DNA of 56,341 nucleotides from Nanobdellota archaeon (GTDB lineage Archaea; Nanobdellota; Nanobdellia; Woesearchaeales; DATDXC01): NCBI GenBank assembly GCA_043818675.1, contig JBDRFR010000061.1, positions 1 to 56,341 of the forward strand, read 5' to 3'. Shown piece by piece: positions 47,359 to 54,624 of this stretch (position 1 is its first letter; each line of letters starts with the position of its first letter). The notes under the pieces were generated by a model. It saw only the letters and a program-made list of their open reading frames with translations, ran no database searches and was not told where the DNA came from. The position numbers and the translations under genes were made by a program.

Positions 47359-48671
47359 AAAAAAAAGAACTGGAGTTTATACTGCAGGATGGAGAAGGGT
47401 TAAAAATAGAGTTTAAGGAAAGCCTAAACAATATTGATAAGGAGATGGTTGCGTTTGCAAACGGCTCCGGAGGAAAGATATTTTTAGGGGTTAGTGACCA
47501 GGGAAAAATAAAAGGTGTTAATATTAGTAATCATCTAAAATCGCAGATACAGGATACTGCAAATAACTGTGACCCGCCGGTTAAGATAAAACTTGAGCAG
47601 CTGGAGAATATCCTGATAATCAGTGTAGAAGAAGGAATTGATAAGCCTTATAGATGCTCATCCGGATTCTATATCAGGCAAGGGCCAAACTCGCAAAAGC
47701 TGACAAGGGATGAGATCATTAAACTGGTTGTAAAAGCAGGCAAAGTATTTTTTGATGAATTGCAGTGTGAGAAATTCAATTTCAGAAAGGACTTTGATAA
47801 GGCTAAATTTGAACAGTTTCTAAAAATGGCAAAATTATCAAACATCCTTAGCATTGAGCAGGCTTTGATCAATTTAAGCTTGGCAACAAAAGAAAAAAAT
47901 AAGCTGGTAGCCAATAATGCTGGAGCAATGTTATTTGCCAAGGACCTGAATGAGATATACTTCCATACGCTTGTCACATGTGTTAGATTTAAAGGGTCTC
48001 AAATATTGGATCGGAAAGACTATAATAAGGACATTATAAGCAATATTGAAAGCGCTGTCAATTTTGTATTACAATACCTGCAATTGAGATACGAGATTAA
48101 AGGACTGCAAAGAAAAGAACATTATGAGATTCCAGAAGAGGCAGTCAGGGAGGCTGTTGTAAATTCTATTGTCCATAGGGATTATTTTGAAAAAGGCGCG
48201 AATGTGCAGATTAATATATATGATGATAAAATTGAGATAATAAATCCTGGCGGATTAGTTTCGGGTTTACAAACAAAAGACTTCGGCAAGAAAAGCCTGA
48301 GCAGGAATCCTTTGCTCTTATCAATATTAAACAAGGCCGGATTTGTAGAAAAGATTGGAACAGGGATTAGAAGAATAAAGGAATCACTTAAAGATAATAG
48401 ATTAAAGGAGCCAATATTTGACTTTAACGGGGTTTTTTCTATTACCCTCTTAAGGCCTGCCCCCCAGAAAACCCCCCAGAAGGTTTTGACGCGCCTGGAA
48501 AAGAAGATATTGGATGAAATTTCAAAAAATCCTGCAACAACAAGAAGACTGATAGCAAAAAGCCTTCAGATAAGCCCTGAAACAGTAAAAGAATATATAA
48601 AAAAATTAAAGCAATATGGCTCATTAAAAAGAATAGGCCCTGCCAAGGGAGGCTATTGGAAAGTACCATGA
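47355..48671 (+). CDS. AlbA_2 + HATPase_c_4-like + wHTH putative regulator, copy 2
   Basis: The N-terminal roughly 115 aa are nearly identical to copy 1. The middle and C-terminus have diverged. ATGA overlaps on both sides. Confidence 0.8.
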   Translation: MKKKELEFILQDGEGLKIEFKESLNNIDKEMVAFANGSGGKIFLGVSDQGKIKGVNISNHLKSQIQDTANNCDPPVKIKLEQLENILIISVEEGIDKPYRCSSGFYIRQGPNSQKLTRDEIIKLVVKAGKVFFDELQCEKFNFRKDFDKAKFEQFLKMAKLSNILSIEQALINLSLATKEKNKLVANNAGAMLFAKDLNEIYFHTLVTCVRFKGSQILDRKDYNKDIISNIESAVNFVLQYLQLRYEIKGLQRKEHYEIPEEAVREAVVNSIVHRDYFEKGANVQINIYDDKIEIINPGGLVSGLQTKDFGKKSLSRNPLLLSILNKAGFVEKIGTGIRRIKESLKDNRLKEPIFDFNGVFSITLLRPAPQKTPQKVLTRLEKKILDEISKNPATTRRLIAKSLQISPETVKEYIKKLKQYGSLKRIGPAKGGYWKVP

Positions 48672-49486
48672 AAAAAATTATTCTTGTGCTAATAGTTATA
48701 TTGTTTTTGGCAGGGTTTAGAACAAACGACTGGGAATGGGTGCAAGTTGGTGAACTAAAAGCAGGGGACTCATTAATGGATAAAGATGGAAATAAGATTG
48801 AAATAGAATCTATTGAAAAGGTTTTTGTACCAGAAGGTGTTAATGTTTATGATCTGGAAATTAAAGATTATCATTATTATTTTGCTGAGGATGTGCTAGT
48901 GCATAACAGCGGCAAAAAGGTAATTGTTATCGATCCAGGGCATGGAGGAAAGGATCCAGGGGCTGTAAAAGATGATATCATGGAAAAAGACATTAACCTG
49001 ATGATGGCAAAAAAACTTAATGAAAAGCTAAAAGACAGATATATAGTCTATCTTACAAGAGATACTGACATGTACTTAACCATAGATGAAAGGGCTGATA
49101 TTGCAGAATCAAAAAAAGCAGACCTGTTCTTAAGCATACATGGCAATGCTTATCAGATTGACAGCACAATGTCGGGTGTGGAGATATACAAGTATATACG
49201 ATGTTACGGCGATGAGGAAGAGGTATGCACCAAAAATGAAATCGCAGAGATAGAAGATAAGATGATTGAAAAGCTTGTTAAAAGATTCACTGATAAAGGA
49301 TTTAGCATACATAAAGTTGCAGTAGCGCCTTTTTGGGTATTATACTATGCATCGGCAACAGATGACATCCCCTCTCTCTTAATAGAGCTGGGCTTTATTA
49401 CAAATACAGAGGATCTTGCTAAACTGAAGATTGATGCAGGGTACACAGATGCTATAACTGCTGCAATAGATGAATATTTCAGATGA
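48668..49486 (+). CDS. Leader + C-terminal split Hint/intein half + N-acetylmuramoyl-L-alanine amidase (Amidase_3) cargo
   Basis: MKKIILVLIVILFLAGFRTND is followed by WEWVQVGELKAGDSLMDKDGNKIEIESIEKVFVPEGVNVYDLEIKDYHYYFAEDVLVHN|S. The cargo then reads GKKVIVIDPGHGGKDPGAV...EKDINLMMAKKL...YLTRDTD...ADLFLSIHGNA (Amidase_3 Zn-ligand pattern H, E, H). Confidence 0.85.
   Translation: MKKIILVLIVILFLAGFRTNDWEWVQVGELKAGDSLMDKDGNKIEIESIEKVFVPEGVNVYDLEIKDYHYYFAEDVLVHNSGKKVIVIDPGHGGKDPGAVKDDIMEKDINLMMAKKLNEKLKDRYIVYLTRDTDMYLTIDERADIAESKKADLFLSIHGNAYQIDSTMSGVEIYKYIRCYGDEEEVCTKNEIAEIEDKMIEKLVKRFTDKGFSIHKVAVAPFWVLYYASATDDIPSLLIELGFITNTEDLAKLKIDAGYTDAITAAIDEYFR
48731..48907 (+). other. Split Hint/intein C-half IntC2 (59 aa, +1 Ser)
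   Basis: Blocks F and G (VYDLEIKDYHYYFA, LVHN), then AGC Ser at 48908-48910. Confidence 0.8.
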
Positions 49487-50409
49487 AAAAAATAATGATT
49501 GTACTAATGCTTGTAATATTTCTAGCTGCTAATACCAATGCATGGGAATGGGTGCAGATAGGAGAACTGAAACCTGGTGATTCTTTAATGGATAAAGATG
49601 GAAATGAGATTATCATTAATTCTATTGAAGAGGTTAGAGACGCCAATGGAGTAATGGTATACGATCTTGAAATTAAAGATTATCATTATTATTTTGCTGA
49701 GGATGTGTTGGTGCATAATAGTCAGATCGAATCCCCTGTAGATAAATGGAAGCGGCTGATTAGAGAGTATAATGCAATGCCAATTGGATATCCATCTGAT
49801 GCAAAGTTAAATGAAATAAAAGAATATGAAAAAAACACAGCTGAAATACAAGCAATTCTTAAACAATGGAGCGATTCGGTAAAAGCAGAAGTTAATACTC
49901 TTTTGACATCAAGTGGTATACATCCTGGGGGGATGATTGCAGTAAAAAAGGAAGTATACATGGAAGATGGTAAGTATATACCTCCATACGTATTAATTGA
50001 GATTCAGGATGGTGAGTATGAGGTGGCGGGCATTTTATTTGAGTACAAAAGAGATATTCAGCAGCGGCAAATATATTTAAGTATTCCAAAGCAGTGGAAT
50101 GAGCTTAAGCGAATAGCAGAGTCAGCTACTTATTCTTATACCAGTACAACAGACCTAATAAACAGTCATAAATTAATGGGACTAAAAAAGATGACAGAAT
50201 TAAAAACTGAAGTCACTAAATCAGGATACTGTTACTTAAAAATTGTTGATTCATATAGAGAGCCAAATCTTCGGCCGGATGGGCTCCATTATGCAGATGA
50301 GGATGCCTATAATAATTGCAAAGGAAAATTTACACCCATACCGCAACCATCACCGCCAAGATTTAGTTTAATAAACTGGCTTAAAGATATATTTTCAGGT
50401 GAAGCATAG
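49483..50409 (+). CDS. Leader + C-terminal split Hint/intein half + unknown 229-aa cargo
   Basis: MKKIMIVLMLVIFLAANTNA is followed by WEWVQIGELKPGDSLMDKDGNEIIINSIEEVRDANGVMVYDLEIKDYHYYFAEDVLVHN|S, then QIESPVDKWKRLIREYN... I recognise no family for the cargo. Confidence 0.8.
   Translation: MKKIMIVLMLVIFLAANTNAWEWVQIGELKPGDSLMDKDGNEIIINSIEEVRDANGVMVYDLEIKDYHYYFAEDVLVHNSQIESPVDKWKRLIREYNAMPIGYPSDAKLNEIKEYEKNTAEIQAILKQWSDSVKAEVNTLLTSSGIHPGGMIAVKKEVYMEDGKYIPPYVLIEIQDGEYEVAGILFEYKRDIQQRQIYLSIPKQWNELKRIAESATYSYTSTTDLINSHKLMGLKKMTELKTEVTKSGYCYLKIVDSYREPNLRPDGLHYADEDAYNNCKGKFTPIPQPSPPRFSLINWLKDIFSGEA
49543..49719 (+). other. Split Hint/intein C-half IntC3 (59 aa, +1 Ser)
   Basis: Its 3' part is over 90 percent identical at nucleotide level to IntC2. 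LVHN is followed by AGT Ser at 49720-49722. Confidence 0.8.
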
Positions 50410-50497
50410 AAAAAATTGTATAGATACTTCCATATTTGGGAAGAATGTGCACCAAAAAAACTAAAATTTAAAAACTAAAAACTCTAATTGATAAAAA

Positions 50498-51313
50498 ATG
50501 GCAAATATTTTAATTAAATCATTCAATGACACAATAAACCTTATCATTAGATTCAAACATATAATCCTGATAATTTTTCTTATACAGATAATATTCCTGT
50601 TTTTAGTCGGCATCAATATAATTACGACAATGACACCTGCATTATCTGCAACTAAAGAGGTGCTTTTGTATGTCAACCAGCTGAGGCTTGATGATGCGGC
50701 TTTGGCAGAGAATATTTTAACAGGCAAGTCGGTGCTTGGGGATGACCCATTATTAGTGCAAAGAAATTATGAAGTTGTAATGAAGTTTATCAAACTATTT
50801 GTGAGCTTTAGCTTTATACTGTTTGTAATATTTGAAGGGTTTAACTGGGCGCTAACGCATCATATGATCAAAAAGAAAACATTTAAGCATTTTGTCAGCC
50901 ATATGATACATTTTTGCATAGTGTCAATTGTTTACTTTACTGCTATGGGACTTATACTTTACGGACAGTTGAACTCACTAGTAGATAACCCGCAGCTAGG
51001 CCCGAGGCTTGTCTTATCAATAACATTGGTAATGATATTATCATACTTTATGCTTGTATCGTATGGGTTATTGCATAATAAAAACCTGTTAATCATAATC
51101 AAAAAGACAGTAATAATCGGATTTTATAAAGCGTATATTTTGATACCAGTAGTAATTGCAAGCGTCATTTTGATTTTGCTGGTTTCATTATTGCTTTTTA
51201 AAACTGCAGAATCCTATCTGATCTTTACAATATTATCAATTATTCTTGTTACGTCCACGTTTATTTTTACAAGGCTGTATTTTGTTAAGCTAATTAACGA
51301 GATGGAGAATTAA
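50498..51313 (+). CDS. Polytopic membrane protein, module C (271 aa)
   Basis: Paralog of the 12294 and 36235 proteins (IKKTVIIGFYKAY, TRLYFVKL). Multiple TM helices. Confidence 0.75.
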   Translation: MANILIKSFNDTINLIIRFKHIILIIFLIQIIFLFLVGINIITTMTPALSATKEVLLYVNQLRLDDAALAENILTGKSVLGDDPLLVQRNYEVVMKFIKLFVSFSFILFVIFEGFNWALTHHMIKKKTFKHFVSHMIHFCIVSIVYFTAMGLILYGQLNSLVDNPQLGPRLVLSITLVMILSYFMLVSYGLLHNKNLLIIIKKTVIIGFYKAYILIPVVIASVILILLVSLLLFKTAESYLIFTILSIILVTSTFIFTRLYFVKLINEMEN

Positions 51314-52575
51314 TTCGCGCTTGCTTCTCCACCGCCTTCTGCGGTTGCTTCTCCACCACCGTCTACTTCTCCAGATATTTCGTTGCCATCACTATCTACA
51401 GTATCACCATCTGTGCTCTCTGCAGCCTTACCGGTATCACCTGTGCTGTCGGCTTTTGCAGCAGCCTTCTTGCCGCCTTTTGCTTTGCCTTTCTTCACGT
51501 CAGATTTGGCTTTGGAGACTGCATAGTCAACAGCAGCCTTGCCGGAATAGCCTTTAGAGACTGCTTCTGCTAAATACGCGGAAACCAATGAATTAACATC
51601 TGATCTGGAATAGCCTTTTTTGGAAGCTTTGGAATATAACCTGGCATATTTTACAGGGGTTGTGCTGATGTCTTCCTGCATGATCTGTTCAAGATAACTG
51701 TTAATCAGCCTTCGCTGCTCGTCTTTACCAGCGCCTTCTTTGCGTTTTTTATAAAATTCAGCGACAAACTCTTTTGTTGCCAGCTCTTCTAGAATTTTAC
51801 CTACCAGACTTCTATCTTTAATGCCTCTAAACGCATGAGTTATCTCTTCTGCTAAAGTACTCCGCATGGCCAGATCTTCTGCTAAATGAGGGTTTAAGCC
51901 TAAGTATTCATTTACTAACTGGCCAAAATATTCAGGAGTTGATGCAATTTTTTCATAGAATTTTGAGTTTCTAAATAATGCAAACCCATCCCCTTCTTTT
52001 CCTACAGCCATCAAAGTGCCGTCATCAACAAAGCCTTCAGCCAATGCTTCCAATGCAGGAGGCTTATGGCCGCCGCTTATCAGCTTCTGCATCAGATCCT
52101 GGCCTTCTTTGGAGGTCAGATAATTACCGAGGAACTGGCGAAGGTCTTCAACTTTCGAGATCATCTTCCCGGATTCGTTAAGCCTGCAGTTATAGTCAGA
52201 AAAATATGCTGTGAGGTCAACAAACGGCTGATGGGCAGATGCTTTGCCTTTGCCTATCATCAAACCCTTATTTGTAATCTTAATATTGTCGGATACTTCG
52301 CTGTAAAAGCCCTTATTAGCAAGCCATTTAGCAAAAGTGCCTGTGTTTCTTATAACGCCAACCAACATATCATTAACTACCTGATAGGTAATTTCTGCCT
52401 GATAGTGCTCCCTTAGAAAAGGATAGCCAAACTGGCCTTTGGAATATGCAAGTTCGGTTGTGATATCTATCGGCTTATGATTGTTCTGGCTAGTAAAACG
52501 TTTGGCTTCTGCCGGTCCGGCCATGGTCTGGTAAGGACCAAAAGGGCCTGTTTCACTGTAAGGTTGAAGGGTCAT
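51310..52575 (-). CDS. Hypothetical protein with Lys/Gly/Asp-rich low-complexity C-terminal tail (421 aa)
   Basis: Long intact ORF. The tail is KKGKAKGGKKAAAKADSTGDTGKAAESTDGDTVDSDGNEISGEVDGGGEATAEGGGEASAN. The 5' end overlaps the upstream RHH gene by 23 nt. Confidence 0.6.
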   Translation of the reverse strand: MTLQPYSETGPFGPYQTMAGPAEAKRFTSQNNHKPIDITTELAYSKGQFGYPFLREHYQAEITYQVVNDMLVGVIRNTGTFAKWLANKGFYSEVSDNIKITNKGLMIGKGKASAHQPFVDLTAYFSDYNCRLNESGKMISKVEDLRQFLGNYLTSKEGQDLMQKLISGGHKPPALEALAEGFVDDGTLMAVGKEGDGFALFRNSKFYEKIASTPEYFGQLVNEYLGLNPHLAEDLAMRSTLAEEITHAFRGIKDRSLVGKILEELATKEFVAEFYKKRKEGAGKDEQRRLINSYLEQIMQEDISTTPVKYARLYSKASKKGYSRSDVNSLVSAYLAEAVSKGYSGKAAVDYAVSKAKSDVKKGKAKGGKKAAAKADSTGDTGKAAESTDGDTVDSDGNEISGEVDGGGEATAEGGGEASAN

Positions 52576-52702
52576 TTTTTAGGTAAGAATCAAGTGCGTA
52601 CTCTATGATATGGCTTTTATTCCGGAATCTACCTTCCTGCACAATCTTTTCGATTATCTTCACTTTTTCCTCATCAACAGAGATAGATAGTTTCTTTTTC
52701 AT
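52553..52702 (-). CDS. Ribbon-helix-helix (CopG-like) protein, 49 aa
   Basis: From the internal ATG (52700-52702): MKKKLSISVDEEKVKIIEKIVQEGRFRNKSHIIEYALDSYL, an RHH pattern. The longer 72-aa ORF-track version adds an implausible N-terminus. Confidence 0.55.
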   Translation of the reverse strand: MKKKLSISVDEEKVKIIEKIVQEGRFRNKSHIIEYALDSYLKNDPSTLQ

Positions 52703-52843
52703 TGTTACTACTAAGTAGTATGATATACTACTATATAAATGTTTCGTTACTAAGCAGTAGTTATAGCTCATTATCAGAAAAGCCCTATTTAGCTATTCTT
52801 AGCAAGCGAAACTGAAACGCCTGAGTTTTTTATTTTTTTGGCG

Positions 52844-52900
52844 AAAGATTTATATATAATTAATACTTTTTAGTATTAGGTATAATACTTTTTAGTATTA
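52844..52900 (+). promoter_or_regulatory. TATA-like box and two copies of an 18-bp palindromic operator
   Basis: AAAGATTTATATATA at 52844-52858. TAATACTTTTTAGTATTA at 52861-52878 and again at 52883-52900 (22-bp spacing), immediately upstream of the start at 52902/52908. Confidence 0.55.
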
Positions 52901-52907
52901 ATTGAAA

Positions 52908-53519
52908 ATGATGACAAAAACTCAAAAAAAGCTCATGTGTTTATTTGTTTCCAAAATAGCAAAGAAATTCAGCTTACAGGGAGCAGGAAAAGAACTCCAT
53001 ATGCATCAAGCATTATCTTATAGAGCTAGCAGGGCACTTATAGATAAAAGGTTGATTATTGCTGATGAAAACGGTCTATACAGCGTAAACTACAAAGAGA
53101 ATCAGCAAGAATTAGTGTCTTTTGAATATTTAAGGACGGCAGATTTTCTGAATAGTCCAAAAAACAAGAAATTCAAAGAGTTTGTAAAAGAATTCACAGA
53201 TAAAATTCAAGAAAATAATTACATATTCTTATTATTTGGATCTGCTGTAGAAAAAGAAAAACCAAGAGATTATGATATTGTGTTGTTCTTTGATTCAATA
53301 GAGAAAGCTCAGAAATATGAAAATATCTTAATTAATCTTGCAGAAAACTATCCAAGCATCGATGTTCATGTAAATGTAGACTCAATTAAAGATTTGAGTC
53401 AAATGCTGACTAAAAGGGATGAAAAAAATGTGGCAAATGAATCATTGAATAAACATATTATATTTTATGGAGCTGAACAATTTTATAAGATCTTGAAGGG
53501 GGTGAGATCATTTGTTTGA
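52908..53519 (+). CDS. wHTH + minimal nucleotidyltransferase (MNT-type) protein, second copy
   Basis: NTase motif IFLLFGSAVEKEKPRDYDIVLFF after a wHTH-like N-terminus. Same architecture as the 6467 protein. An alternative TTG start lies at 52902. Confidence 0.7.
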   Translation: MMTKTQKKLMCLFVSKIAKKFSLQGAGKELHMHQALSYRASRALIDKRLIIADENGLYSVNYKENQQELVSFEYLRTADFLNSPKNKKFKEFVKEFTDKIQENNYIFLLFGSAVEKEKPRDYDIVLFFDSIEKAQKYENILINLAENYPSIDVHVNVDSIKDLSQMLTKRDEKNVANESLNKHIIFYGAEQFYKILKGVRSFV

Positions 53520-53694
53520 TGATAAAAAAGTCAAAGAAATAGAAAGTAGAATTAAACATTACATTTCAGAAGGGATCATAAAGACTAAAGAAAAAGTAGA
53601 ATTTGTAGAATTCTTCTTGACTCATTCAAAGAATTTTCTTAATTCAGCAAAAGCAGAATATTTACTTTCAACAAATGAAGAAGAAAGATTATAA
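53512..53694 (+). pseudogene. Truncated HEPN-like ORF (60 aa)
   Basis: It overlaps the NTase gene by 8 nt, exactly as in the 6467/7020 pair. Only the N-terminal helices (FFLTHSKNFLNSAKAEYLL) remain before a stop, and I saw no continuation in other frames. Confidence 0.4.
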
Positions 53695-53827
53695 AGAATC
53701 GGACTATCCGCCGTATAGCAAGTATAAACCCTTAAAATATCCAGTAAAAAAAGATATCTTAGAAAATGTAACTATCAAAAATAAAGATATGCAATAAAAC
53801 AAATCGGTAACTTAAAATTGCATTGAA

Positions 53828-54427
53828 TCAGGCCTTATAAAGATTTATACCGTTTTTAGTGGTGTATTGTTTATCTTTATGCAACTTTTCAATAGTCGGC
53901 CGTAATGTATCATTATAGTCGGCAACCCTACTTCCCAAAGTAGAATGTTTTACAGTCTTATCAATATCAGCCATATGCTTTTTTTCTAATACAGCAGGCT
54001 TAGCATAAGGAAAAAGTTGCTTTACAGACTCTCTTGCATCGGCTATATGCATTTGACGCAGATGAGTGTTGTACTTTTGATTACTATAATTTGATGCTTC
54101 ACGATGATATTGCCCCACAAGTGCGGCCACTACATCCTCATCAAGTTTTCCTGCTTTTATTCCATGCTCCTGTTGAAGTGTCTCAATCAAAGATACAATT
54201 TGTTCATAATCCAGCTTAAATTGATGTTCTTCTGTGTCACCAAAATGTTTTCCAACCTCTTTTGAGGTCTTTTCCATAATCTGTTTAATTAAATCTTCAA
54301 TATTTGCTTTACCTTTGTCTATTTCCTTAACTTCTATTTTTTCTAAAGCAGCCTTAAGGGCTTTCCTATAAGGCGTTAGTTGTCCAATATTATGCAAATA
54401 TTCTTCATGTGCTGCAGGTCGAGCCAT
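53828..54427 (-). CDS. Hypothetical helical protein (199 aa from ATG 54427)
   Basis: Intact ORF. The ATG is preceded by a GGTGA Shine-Dalgarno-like motif. No family recognised. Confidence 0.5.
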   Translation of the reverse strand: MARPAAHEEYLHNIGQLTPYRKALKAALEKIEVKEIDKGKANIEDLIKQIMEKTSKEVGKHFGDTEEHQFKLDYEQIVSLIETLQQEHGIKAGKLDEDVVAALVGQYHREASNYSNQKYNTHLRQMHIADARESVKQLFPYAKPAVLEKKHMADIDKTVKHSTLGSRVADYNDTLRPTIEKLHKDKQYTTKNGINLYKA

Positions 54428-54624
54428 ATTTATCACCTTTGATTATTAGTTATTGATAACTTTATTTTATTTCTCACATATAAACCTTTCGATTTTTTAC
54501 TATGCTGGAATAGAGATAAGTTAAAAAATATTGACAGAATTACATTTAATATTTTAAAAATAATTGTATACATCAAAACTGAATTTTATCGACAAGCGGA
54601 TATTATTAATCATATGCTGAGAAA

